A DNA stretch of 32,000 nt from a bacterium. GTDB lineage: Bacteria; UBP7; UBA6624; JBBIMK01. Both the position numbers and the translations under genes were made by a program. Each line of letters opens with the position of its first letter. The first letter of the stretch is position 1. Location: assembly GCA_037444445.1 (NCBI GenBank), contig JBBIMK010000006.1:1-32000 (forward strand), read 5' to 3'. Under the pieces are notes generated by a model. It did no database searches. It saw only the letters and a program-made list of their open reading frames with translations, and was not told the DNA's origin. Below are positions 1 to 9,221 of the stretch, piece after piece.

Positions 1-2
1 AC

Positions 3-1004
3 TACGATTCCGTGGTGTGGGCGGGGGAGTATAGCGAGGCGGAAAGCCGATGGCTCCACCTCCTCACCGTCTGGCGGAAGGTGTGGCTGAGAATCACAGA
101 TATGGAGCCTGCATACCCATACCCTGACTGGGATCCATGCGACCCCACTCCTCCTTACTACCCTTACAACGACAACGACCCTATACCTGCCCCCTGTGGT
201 GATTACAGACAACCAGACCTGGGATACAAAGCCCACTGGAAACACTGGACCATTCAGCAGGAGAGCAAATTGCCAGGAGCCCTGGATGATGCTTTCTATG
301 AGTATAAAGCATACCATCGGCTGAACCCCGATAACTCTATAAAATACTACCCCTATAAACCCAATGTAGGAAAATACGAAAACTCTTGCGTCAGCACAGG
401 TGAATTTGATGACGATACCGTGCCGGGACCAAACATGCTCCGGATGCCTCATTTCCTGGAGTATGACCACAACCCGTCGTATACGAATTCAGCGGACCAT
501 TCTCCGCATCTGCTTCACGGTGTGGGGCTGGATGGAGTCGCAGGGCGGGACGGCGCCCTCCACAGACTGGCTGATGGAACATTGGTAAGAAAACGCCATG
601 GAATGACGGAAGGTATGGCTTGCCTTCCAGTGCCCGATGGCAACCCGGTAGATAATCACGCCCATGTGGGAGTCGGTGATACATGGCGACTCCTGCATGC
701 AGATAAGTTCGAAGAGGAGTGGTACCCTTTTCCCTGGCGTAAAAGTGATACGGAAATGTTATATGCGAATCCAGAGTATCAGGTGCCGGTGCATGAGGTG
801 GGGCATATCCTGATAAACATCCTGGATTACCCGGATGGAACTCTGTGCCCTTCAGACCCGGCGGAAAAGACCGTGATGATTTACCAATGTATGAGGGAAG
901 GGAAGTCTCCCGGGCAAGAAAAAATTTATTACTATGCCTGGACCAACGAAATCCAGAAACTCAGGAAGGGAATAAAGAAAGCGGATGGAGGTGAAAGGTG
1001 GTGA
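3..1004 (+). CDS. Hypothetical Pro/Tyr/Asp-rich protein with one HExxH (HEVGH) zinc-metallopeptidase-like motif; 5' end runs off the window (partial)
   Basis: The frame is open from the window edge (codons 3-11 have no stop) to TGA 1002-1004. HEVGHILINILDYPDG lies near the C-terminus. No family recognised by eye. Confidence 0.5.
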   Translation, partial: YDSVVWAGEYSEAESRWLHLLTVWRKVWLRITDMEPAYPYPDWDPCDPTPPYYPYNDNDPIPAPCGDYRQPDLGYKAHWKHWTIQQESKLPGALDDAFYEYKAYHRLNPDNSIKYYPYKPNVGKYENSCVSTGEFDDDTVPGPNMLRMPHFLEYDHNPSYTNSADHSPHLLHGVGLDGVAGRDGALHRLADGTLVRKRHGMTEGMACLPVPDGNPVDNHAHVGVGDTWRLLHADKFEEEWYPFPWRKSDTEMLYANPEYQVPVHEVGHILINILDYPDGTLCPSDPAEKTVMIYQCMREGKSPGQEKIYYYAWTNEIQKLRKGIKKADGGERW

Positions 1005-2032
1005 AAAAGAGTTTAGCCATCGGCATTTTAATCCTTTTTCTGGTGCTTCTGGCATCAGCGGAAGAAAAACCACCGCTGAAAATTCCGCGGCCGGGAGACC
1101 CCCTGCCGCGCGAAGATACCCTGGTGTATCCATACCCTCGTGACTATCCCCTGACACGAGAGCTCTTAGAAGAAGCTATTGCCAATAAATATCCCATTGT
1201 ATTTACCCTCGCATGGTTTCCCCCATCACACCGTCAGGTACTAAGCATTAGGATAGTAAATGATCCCTTCTCCTCACCAAAAGCAAGACATTTTGATTTT
1301 GTCAAAATTGGAGGTTTAGTCGGCTTCGGGTACTATCACCTCGAGTACACCTTCCCTCTGGATGAGAAATGGTACTCAGAGGTTCAAGAAATGGCAGGAC
1401 AGGTGCCATGGTTAGACTTAGACTTAAGAGGGGCCTGTGAGGGGTGTCGACCGTCCTATTGGGAATATGATGCTACGAAACCCGATGGTGGAGGGCTCCG
1501 CGTCCCTGCCGGTAACACTTTTAACGCTCCGTGGCCTGAAAATACCCCTGGATACAGGATTCAACTTGAAGTCCTCATCCCCCCAGAAGGATATTCCTCC
1601 TTCTACATTGTTTGCACGACGAAGCGTAACACAGAGGACCCGGGCTGGAAGAAATACTTCGCCCTCTGGGATAAGGTGATTGAAAAATACAAAAACTTCC
1701 AGACTATGGGCGGATTCGCCGGCCGGATCGTTACACGGACCATAGACAATCGGTGGGCGGAAGATGAAGAGGACCTGAGATATATCCCAAAAGTTGAACT
1801 CCACTTAGTGGAAAATGATGTTCAGTGCTTGGTTGATGTGAGTGATACTAAGGCGAAGGTTTACCATGGTCGGGAGGGTGGGACTCTGGTTACCGAGGGT
1901 GGTGGAAGCTATAAATGTTCCGAGAGGCCGGACTTATACGCCGCAGCTACCACCCAGCCCTCCCCGATAGAGTGGGAGGTTGTTTCCCCTCCTTCTTCCT
2001 CCTCTCCTTCTCCCAATCAAAGCGCAAAGTAA
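998..2032 (+). CDS. Secreted hypothetical protein (Sec signal peptide, Ser/Pro-rich C-terminal tail)
   Basis: GGAGGTG at 986-992 precedes a GTG start at 998 or 1001, which overlaps the upstream stop. N-terminus MVKKSLAIGILILFLVLLASA-EE is signal-peptide-like. C-terminus is SPPSSSSPSPNQSAK. No recognisable family. Confidence 0.6.
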   Translation: MVKKSLAIGILILFLVLLASAEEKPPLKIPRPGDPLPREDTLVYPYPRDYPLTRELLEEAIANKYPIVFTLAWFPPSHRQVLSIRIVNDPFSSPKARHFDFVKIGGLVGFGYYHLEYTFPLDEKWYSEVQEMAGQVPWLDLDLRGACEGCRPSYWEYDATKPDGGGLRVPAGNTFNAPWPENTPGYRIQLEVLIPPEGYSSFYIVCTTKRNTEDPGWKKYFALWDKVIEKYKNFQTMGGFAGRIVTRTIDNRWAEDEEDLRYIPKVELHLVENDVQCLVDVSDTKAKVYHGREGGTLVTEGGGSYKCSERPDLYAAATTQPSPIEWEVVSPPSSSSPSPNQSAK

Positions 2033-2470
2033 CTCCCTCTGGTACCAGGTGGGCGTTATTTTTCAGAGCGAAGATTACAGGGGGCAGGTTTTGAAATATC
2101 GCTTTATTCTACGACATCGCCCCGCTCTTCCAATGAAGGACAGCCAATAGCGAAGTAGCCAGTAGCGATTCGGGGGTAGCCTTCCACTCTGAAAAGCGGT
2201 AGAATAGTGGTGGATGAGAAGGAAAGTAGTAATAAAACCAGGTGTGCGACTATGGGGTATTGCAGGCGACCTAATGGTGATGTGGAGAATGGGGATTTGA
2301 GATTGAGGAATGATGATGCGACTTGGGGAAATCATCCAGCCAGCCTGTCTCTGCATTTCGGGAAGGATAGCGGGAGGAAAGAATTTCTTTGCTCCGCCAC
2401 AGAAAGTCTACTTTTGTGGTAATCTATAATTGGACTCTATTGAGAACAACCTGAAAGGGGGTAAGAAAAG

Positions 2471-3739
2471 GTGAAGGAATCGGAGGAAATCACGGAAGAA
2501 GAACGAGAACTCATCTACGATTGGAACCAGCGGAATGAACGGCGTGGAATAGACGGTGAAATCATACTAAATGATGAGACTCTGCGGGATGGCTTGCAAT
2601 CTCCATCGGTTCGGGACCCGACCATGGACGAAAAAGTTGAAATTTTGCATTTGATGGCTGGTATCGGGATTAAATCGGCGGATATTGGATATGCAGGCGC
2701 CAGCGAGCGAACCCGTAAGGATGTGGAGACTCTGGCCCGTGAGATTGTCAATCATCGTCTTCCCATCGCTCCTAACTGCGCTGCTCGCACCCACCCTTCT
2801 GATATCCAGCCTGTGATTGATATTTCCCAGAAGGTGGGAATCCCTATTCAGGCAGCGGTTTTCATTGGCTCCAGCCCCATCCGTCAGTATGCGGAAGGAT
2901 GGGATTTAGATTTTTTGCTTCGGGCGACAGAATCTGCCATCACCCTGGCAAAGAAAGCCGGGCTTCCCGTGATGTATGTCACCGAAGACACCACTCGTGC
3001 CCATCCGAAAACTCTGAGGATGCTATATCGCACAGCCATCAACTATGGAGCAGAGAATATCTGCCTGGCAGACACGGTGGGGCACGCCACCCCCTGGGGA
3101 GTTCGGCAATTAGTGGGTTTCATTCAGCGCCTGGTCAAGGAGACTAACCCGAAGGTGGTGATAGACTGGCACGGGCATCGGGACCGAGGCCTGGACATCA
3201 TTAACACGCTCACCGCCATTGAAGCAGGTGCGCGCAGGGTTCACGCCTGCGCTCTCGGCATTGGTGAACGAGTAGGAAACACTCCGATGGATCTCCTGAT
3301 GGTCAATTTGAAACTTTTGGGCTGGTGGGATGGAAACATTTCACTTCTCCCCCGGTATGTGGAAGCAGTCTCCCGGGCTACGGGTGTTCCAATCCCTTCA
3401 AACTATGCCGTTTTCGGGCGAGACGCTTTCCGAACCGCCACTGGCGTCCACGCCTCCGCCGTTATCAAAGCCAAGAAAAAGAAGCATCGCTGGGTGGAAG
3501 ACCGAGTATATACCGGTGTTCCTCCGAGTCTATTTGGCTTGCAAAATGAGATTGAAATTGGGCCAATGAGCGGAGAATCCAATGTCATCTACTGGCTGGA
3601 AAGCCGGGGTTACTTCAGCGACCCGGATGTGGTGCGGCGAATTACGGAGATGGCAAAATCCTCCCGCACTATCCTCACCGAAGACCAGATTCTCTCCGTC
3701 ATAAGCGATAGAGAGGATATTAAAAAACAAATAGAATGA
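2471..3739 (+). CDS. DRE-TIM metallolyase (HMGL-like; 2-isopropylmalate/homocitrate/citramalate-synthase-like) without a LeuA-type C-terminal regulatory domain
   Basis: Motifs NDETLRDGLQSP, MYVTEDTTR and DWHGHRDRGLDIINTLTAIEAGARRVH...GIGERVGN are typical of the pyruvate carboxyltransferase fold. GGGGG/AAGAAAAGG purine-rich stretch precedes the GTG start. Confidence 0.7.
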   Translation: MKESEEITEEERELIYDWNQRNERRGIDGEIILNDETLRDGLQSPSVRDPTMDEKVEILHLMAGIGIKSADIGYAGASERTRKDVETLAREIVNHRLPIAPNCAARTHPSDIQPVIDISQKVGIPIQAAVFIGSSPIRQYAEGWDLDFLLRATESAITLAKKAGLPVMYVTEDTTRAHPKTLRMLYRTAINYGAENICLADTVGHATPWGVRQLVGFIQRLVKETNPKVVIDWHGHRDRGLDIINTLTAIEAGARRVHACALGIGERVGNTPMDLLMVNLKLLGWWDGNISLLPRYVEAVSRATGVPIPSNYAVFGRDAFRTATGVHASAVIKAKKKKHRWVEDRVYTGVPPSLFGLQNEIEIGPMSGESNVIYWLESRGYFSDPDVVRRITEMAKSSRTILTEDQILSVISDREDIKKQIE

Positions 3740-4683
3740 ACCCTATAACCCGACGGGATTTTCTAAAAACTGTAGCGGTCACCGGCGCGGGATGGCTGGG
3801 GATGGGAAGAGCTTTTGCGCAAACTTCTCCCGAGACTCTCCTCCCATCCCATACCATCCCTCCCCTGCCTCAACGAGTATTTGGCAAGACGGGCGTTCGG
3901 GTTTCCATCCTCGGCTTCGGTGGAGCCAGCATCCCTTCCACTTCTTTCAACCAGGGCATAAAAACCGTGGAAGAGGCCATCAATTCTGGTATCAATTACA
4001 TAGATACCGCTTCCCAGTATGGCGATAGGCTCAGTGAAAAAATGATTGGAGAAGTGATGAAGACCCGGAGGAAAGAGGTTTTCCTTGCCACCAAAACCCT
4101 TGCTCGTTCTTATTTCAGGGCTCTTCAGGAAATGACGACCAGTTTGAAACACCTGAAAACGGACTTTGTAGACTTGATGCAGATTCACTCGGTTAATGAT
4201 ACTGGAACTCTGAAGCAGGTTCTGAGCCCTCAGGGTTCCGTGCCAGCTGCTGAGAAACTGAAGCGGGAAGGATATGTGCGCCATATAGGAATTACGGGCC
4301 ACACAGACCCGCAGGTTCTGCGAAAGGCACTTCAGGAGTATCCTTTCACCTCTGTTCTCATTCCTCTCGGAGCGCCGGACAGGTTTCTGAACGATTTTAC
4401 TCCCGTCGCGGAAGAAGCACAAAAACGGGGGACTGCTGTGATAGCTATGAAGGTGTTCTCCGCCGGGAAAATAGTGAATCGTCTGGACCTTTCCTCCTGT
4501 CTGCGATATTCCATGGGCTTGCCAGTTTGCACGGCAATTATTGGGTTCTCCAGCCCCCGGGAAGTTCAATTCGCTGTGGAAATTGCTCGCTCCTTTCAAC
4601 CCCTATCCCGGGAAGAAGAAAGGTCGTTATTAGAAGCCGCCCGTGCCTTTGCCACCCCTGATGTTCTCTGGTGGAAAAAATAA
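3736..4683 (+). CDS. Aldo/keto reductase family oxidoreductase with a twin-arginine (Tat) signal peptide
   Basis: N-terminus MNPITRRDFLKTVAVTGAGWLGMGRAFA is Tat-like. AKR-like core: INYIDTASQYGDRLSEKMIGE, DLMQIHSV, RHIGITGH. ATGA overlap with the upstream gene. Confidence 0.8.
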   Translation: MNPITRRDFLKTVAVTGAGWLGMGRAFAQTSPETLLPSHTIPPLPQRVFGKTGVRVSILGFGGASIPSTSFNQGIKTVEEAINSGINYIDTASQYGDRLSEKMIGEVMKTRRKEVFLATKTLARSYFRALQEMTTSLKHLKTDFVDLMQIHSVNDTGTLKQVLSPQGSVPAAEKLKREGYVRHIGITGHTDPQVLRKALQEYPFTSVLIPLGAPDRFLNDFTPVAEEAQKRGTAVIAMKVFSAGKIVNRLDLSSCLRYSMGLPVCTAIIGFSSPREVQFAVEIARSFQPLSREEERSLLEAARAFATPDVLWWKK

Positions 4684-6908
4684 ATTCGTCCCGAAATTTT
4701 AGAACTACCCTCCTGCTGAACATCCGTAATTATAAAACAGACCTGGGTTTGCTCACCGGGATAGCCTCGCTAACTTTTTTTTACTTTATTGATTTTCTGG
4801 CTCTGAAAAGGGTGCTGTATGAAGGCGACGCCGCACTGGTAGGATATGCGGTTCAATACTATGCCACCTGGAGCGTGAAGCAGGGCATTTTCCCCTTCTG
4901 GAATCCATATTTCTATTTCGGCTATCCGGCTTTTGCCGAAAGTCAAGGGGGAATTCTTTATCCTTCCCATCTGTTGTTTTATCTTCTTCCCCTTGCCTGG
5001 TTTCGTTACCTGTTTCATCTGAATATCGCCGTGCATTATTTCTGGACAGCGGCAGGCGTGTATGTGTGGATGAGGAGGTGGACAGGGAATCCATTTGCTT
5101 CCGCTTTTTCTGCTCTTACCTTTGAATTCTCGGGCTTTATGGCAGGGCACATCGTCCACCCCAACATCGTGGAAATCACCTCCTGGGCTCCCTGGATACT
5201 CTGGATGTTTGACCGATGGCGTCATCAGGCTAATTCCATGCTTTTCTTTTTTCTTTCCCTTTTTCTCTCCTTTCAAATCCTCGCTGGACACTATACCACT
5301 TTCCTCTGTTTTCTTATGGGCTTCTTCCTTTACGCGGTGCTTTTCAGCATGGTGGATGCCCTGTCAAGGGGTAAATTTCGCTTTTTCCTCACAGGAATCA
5401 GCGGATTCTTTTTCCCGGTTATGATGGCTCATCTTTTGACCGCGGTGCAGGTTTTTCCCCAGGTAGAACTCAGCCTTCTCACCACCCGAGTAAAGGCAAG
5501 CCCGGCCCCGGGTTACTGGCACGACCTGAAAGACCTTTTCTATCTGTTCAAACCTTACCCGCGGGAAGCGATTGCTTTTGAAATTTCCCTATATATCGGG
5601 ATTATTGCTCTACTGGTTTTAGTGGTGGGATTATTCCTTGGCCGATTCACCTTCCACCCATCCCCATCTCACCGTCTGCCTTTTCTGTTATTCATCCTGA
5701 TTGGCGTGTTTTTCGGGTGGATGGCGATGGGGGTTTTTAACCCCATTTTCCGATGGATATTTCAGATACCACCGGCATCCTATATGCGGAATCCTGTTCG
5801 CTTTTTTCTTCTGAGCGTAGATTTATTTCTATCCTCAGCCACATCTTTCGTCCTTGCGGGAGGGCGAAAAGAAATGACCAGCCCCATCCTGAGAAACCGG
5901 ATTATCATAGGATTGTCCATTCTCCAGACGCTCAGCCTTTTCCTGGCTCATTTTCGCTATAGCGACACGGCATCCCCCAGTTTCTATGATGAAATGCCTC
6001 CAACCACTGCCTATGTGAAACCACGGTCTTCTCTCCACCGGGTATTTCCCATCGGTTTCTATAATCCTCATTCCAACCGATATGAGCACTTCAAGATTCA
6101 CCAGAACGGCAAGGATTTACCCTCAGAAGTCATCACCTCTTATCTGGCTCATCGTTTTCAGGTGGAATACGCCACAGAGACGATGCAGTTATTGATTCCG
6201 AGTAGAACCACCAATTTTATCTACCGATACATCAATCACCCCAGTTCAAATCTGTATAATCTATCTGGAATCCAGTATGTTATCGTGCCATCGCAACGGG
6301 AAATGTATGGAGATTTGGCGCGGAAAATGGGATGGAACCTGGCTCACAGGGTCGGTTATGCAGATATTTATGAAAATCCTTCTACCCTGCCCAGGGCATT
6401 CATCGTGCACCATCTGGAAGTCATCCCACCCAAATCAGAAATCAAAACCACTTATGTGGACAGCCGACTCATAAAAGAGGAGAAGGTGTGGGATGTGAGT
6501 AATGTGGGGAGGAGGCTGTTGGAGCGGGATTTTGACCCGGCTTCCTCGGGTATCGTAGAAGAGCCTGTTCCTCTTCAGGAGGAATCTACCCCGCCGGGAA
6601 AGTCAGGGGTGAAAATCCTTTCTTACACACCCAGCCGAGTAGAAATATCCGTTGAAACATCTGTATCAGGATTTCTGGTGCTGACCGATAGTTACTATCC
6701 GGGCTGGCGGGCCCGGGTGAATGGGAAGCCCGTAAAGATTTACCGAACCGACGACCTCTTTCGTGGCGTGGTTGTACCTGCTGGCACTTCCACCATCCTT
6801 TTCTCCTTTCTCCCCACTCACTTTTACCTCGCCCTCTTCATCAGTATGTTCACTTTTGCATTTCTGATGATTCTCGCATTCTCTGGTAGAAAAAGACCAG
6901 CGAGGTAA
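4671..6908 (+). CDS. YfhO-family polytopic membrane protein (putative lipid-linked glycosyltransferase)
   Basis: Many TM segments are followed by the C-terminal YfhO-type signature LTDSYYPGWRARVNGKPVKIYRTDDLFRGVVVPAGTSTILFSF and a final TM. GTG start overlaps the upstream gene by 13 nt; the exact start is uncertain. Confidence 0.7.
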   Translation: MEKINSSRNFRTTLLLNIRNYKTDLGLLTGIASLTFFYFIDFLALKRVLYEGDAALVGYAVQYYATWSVKQGIFPFWNPYFYFGYPAFAESQGGILYPSHLLFYLLPLAWFRYLFHLNIAVHYFWTAAGVYVWMRRWTGNPFASAFSALTFEFSGFMAGHIVHPNIVEITSWAPWILWMFDRWRHQANSMLFFFLSLFLSFQILAGHYTTFLCFLMGFFLYAVLFSMVDALSRGKFRFFLTGISGFFFPVMMAHLLTAVQVFPQVELSLLTTRVKASPAPGYWHDLKDLFYLFKPYPREAIAFEISLYIGIIALLVLVVGLFLGRFTFHPSPSHRLPFLLFILIGVFFGWMAMGVFNPIFRWIFQIPPASYMRNPVRFFLLSVDLFLSSATSFVLAGGRKEMTSPILRNRIIIGLSILQTLSLFLAHFRYSDTASPSFYDEMPPTTAYVKPRSSLHRVFPIGFYNPHSNRYEHFKIHQNGKDLPSEVITSYLAHRFQVEYATETMQLLIPSRTTNFIYRYINHPSSNLYNLSGIQYVIVPSQREMYGDLARKMGWNLAHRVGYADIYENPSTLPRAFIVHHLEVIPPKSEIKTTYVDSRLIKEEKVWDVSNVGRRLLERDFDPASSGIVEEPVPLQEESTPPGKSGVKILSYTPSRVEISVETSVSGFLVLTDSYYPGWRARVNGKPVKIYRTDDLFRGVVVPAGTSTILFSFLPTHFYLALFISMFTFAFLMILAFSGRKRPAR

Positions 6909-7005
6909 TTTCTTAAGCGTGAATATGTCCGGGAAGAATAGGTGGTTCTCCGATGAGGTAAGCCCCTACAAAAGAGGGTGGTTTTGCGATAAAGTATAGT
7001 TGGCG

Positions 7006-8310
7006 ATGAGAGAAGAAATGATAGTAGTGGGTGGCGGTCTGGCGGGGGCAGAGGCTTCCTATCAGCTGGCTCGGTCTGGCATTGCTGTTACCCTTTACGA
7101 GATGCGACCTGCAAAAATGACGCCAGTGCATACTACGGGAAATTTAGCCGAACTCGTCTGCTCCAACTCTTTCAAATCGGACTCACTGGAAAATGCCTCG
7201 GGGGTTTTGAAGGAAGAGATGAGAAGGCTGGACTCGGTGATTATGGAAGCGGCGGACCTGTCAAAAATTCCCGCTGGAAAAGCCCTTGCCGTTGACCGGC
7301 AGTTGTTTTCACAACTCGTTCACCAGAAGGTCACTTCTCTTCCGAATGTTCGTCTGGTTTCCGAAGAAATCACAGAGATACCGGACACCGATTGCATTAT
7401 CGCCACCGGTCCGTTGACTTCGCCCCCGCTTGCGGAAGCACTCCGGAAATTCCTGGGGGCAGATTACCTCTATTTCTTTGATGCCATTTCCCCTTTGATT
7501 GAAACGGATTCCATCCATCTGGAGAAAGTTTTCAGGGCTTCCCGCTACGGGCACGGCTCGGATGATTACATCAATTGCCCCCTCAATGAAGGGGAATACA
7601 TTCGCTTCGTGGAAGAGCTTTTGAGAGCGGAAACGGTGGAATTACACGATTTTGAAGCAGACCTGTTGTTTGAGGGATGTTTGCCTCTGGAAATCATGGC
7701 TCAACGAGGCGTGGACACCCTTCGCTTTGGACCCCTGAAGCCCGTGGGGCTCGTTGACCCCCGCACGAAAAAACAACCTTATGCGGTGGTTCAATTGCGT
7801 CAGGAGAACCTGGGGAATACCGAAGTGGGCATGGTGGGATTTCAAACTCGCCTGAAGTATCCAGAGCAGAAACGGGTATTCCGAATGATTCCCGGGCTGG
7901 AGGATGCCGAGTTCACCCGGTACGGAAGGATGCACAAAAATCTCTTCGTGAATGCGCCCATTTTATTGGACCGGTATTTAAGAGTGCGACGGAATCCGAG
8001 AGTTTTTTTAGCCGGTCAAATTACAGGAGTGGAGGGGTATCTGGAATCTGCAGCCACCGGCTTGATGGCGGGCTTACAAGGGAGCCGAATCCTTCGGGGC
8101 GATGCTCCGATTGATTTTCCACCCACAACCGCCCTGGGAGCACTGGTTCATTATCTCACCGCACCCGCTGGAAATTTCCAGCCTTCCAATATTACTTTCG
8201 GGATGTTTGCCCCTCTGCCCGAGTCCATTCCCCAGAAGAGGTTGAGGAATGAAGCCCTGGCATACCGAGCCCTGTCTGACCTGGAGCGGCTGTTTTTCCG
8301 AAAGATATGA
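7006..8310 (+). CDS. trmFO: Methylenetetrahydrofolate--tRNA-(uracil54-C5)-methyltransferase TrmFO
   Basis: VVGGGLAGAEASYQLARSGIAVTLYEMRP...TPVHTTGNLAELVCSNSFKS...GVLKEEMRRLDS closely resembles Bacillus TrmFO/Gid. ATG at 7006; alternatives are TTG 7000 and ATG 7018. Confidence 0.9.
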   Translation: MREEMIVVGGGLAGAEASYQLARSGIAVTLYEMRPAKMTPVHTTGNLAELVCSNSFKSDSLENASGVLKEEMRRLDSVIMEAADLSKIPAGKALAVDRQLFSQLVHQKVTSLPNVRLVSEEITEIPDTDCIIATGPLTSPPLAEALRKFLGADYLYFFDAISPLIETDSIHLEKVFRASRYGHGSDDYINCPLNEGEYIRFVEELLRAETVELHDFEADLLFEGCLPLEIMAQRGVDTLRFGPLKPVGLVDPRTKKQPYAVVQLRQENLGNTEVGMVGFQTRLKYPEQKRVFRMIPGLEDAEFTRYGRMHKNLFVNAPILLDRYLRVRRNPRVFLAGQITGVEGYLESAATGLMAGLQGSRILRGDAPIDFPPTTALGALVHYLTAPAGNFQPSNITFGMFAPLPESIPQKRLRNEALAYRALSDLERLFFRKI

Positions 8311-9221
8311 ATCCTGAAACGATACTGATTTATCTGAAGGGTTTTGGAATCGCACTCGGCACCAGCCCCATCCTCATCTGGGTGGCGAGGAGGGAAGGCT
8401 GGCTGGATATGCCCGATGACCGAAAAGTCCACCGCAAGCCCCTCCCCCGCATTGGTGGCATTGCGGTATTTATCGGTGCGGCCTTCGCCCTCCTCCCCCA
8501 TATCTCCTATCCGGTGGATAAAATTTTTACCATGGGCAGTGTCATTCTCTTTATCGGATTACTGGATGATATTTACGGACTTCCGGCACTCTTCAAACTG
8601 GTGACACAAATCCTGGTGGCCATCGCTCTCTGGTATGCAGGAATTCACATCCAGTTTCCAGCATCCCTGTTTGCTTCTACCCTTTTCAGTTTCTTTGTCA
8701 CTCTATGCTGGCTGTTGTTATTAATCAACGGCTTCAACCTCATAGATGGGTTAGATGGGCTTTCTACGGGAATTGGAGTGATTGCCACTCTCTCCCTGTT
8801 ATTTTTATTATGGGGTGGGGGCTATCCACCCTCTTTATTCCTGGCGGGGATAGCCCTGCTGGGAGTTCTGATGGGCTTCCTACCTTACAACTTTTACCCG
8901 GCGCGAATTTTCCTCGGTGACTCCGGCTCAACCTTCATCGGATTCTTTTTAGCCTCTCTGTATATCCCTGTGTTATCCGTGCATTTCACCTTATCTGCGT
9001 GGATAGTGCTGATGATTTTCATCGTGCCTATATCCGATGTTATCCTAACAGTGATTCGGAGGGTTCGGGTTCATCGTTCCATCCTCCAGCCGGACCGGGA
9101 GCATATCCACCATCGTTTGATGGACCGGGGGTTATCCCATCGTCGCACCGTGTATTTTCTTTACGGGCTGTCCGTGCTCTCATCCAGCCTGGCGCTTTTG
9201 CTCCGCGCCGGCTTCAGTTAG
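8307..9221 (+). CDS. Glycosyltransferase family 4 polyprenyl-phosphate sugar-1-phosphate transferase (WecA/TagO/MraY family)
   Basis: Motifs PRIGGIAVFIG, LLDDIYGL, NLIDGLDGLSTG and FLGDSGSTFIGF in a multi-TM protein. ATGA overlap with trmFO. Confidence 0.85.
   Translation: MNPETILIYLKGFGIALGTSPILIWVARREGWLDMPDDRKVHRKPLPRIGGIAVFIGAAFALLPHISYPVDKIFTMGSVILFIGLLDDIYGLPALFKLVTQILVAIALWYAGIHIQFPASLFASTLFSFFVTLCWLLLLINGFNLIDGLDGLSTGIGVIATLSLLFLLWGGGYPPSLFLAGIALLGVLMGFLPYNFYPARIFLGDSGSTFIGFFLASLYIPVLSVHFTLSAWIVLMIFIVPISDVILTVIRRVRVHRSILQPDREHIHHRLMDRGLSHRRTVYFLYGLSVLSSSLALLLRAGFS

Noticed and set aside
2075-2356. 93-aa minus-strand ORF and 71-aa plus-strand ORF (2207-2422) in the long intergenic gap.
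   Set aside because: No SD, odd composition, no motifs, and they overlap each other. I treated the region as non-coding with unknown function rather than calling genes.
3763-4599. Long antisense ORF (278 aa) opposite the aldo/keto reductase gene. Similar shadow ORFs lie at 4770-5291, 14377-14994, 27421-28416, 22422-22860 and 29705-30049.
   Set aside because: They lie entirely inside well-supported genes on the other strand, have low-complexity Arg/Ser/Gly/Pro-rich translations, and have no RBS or recognisable motifs. These are typical antisense open frames in mid-GC DNA.
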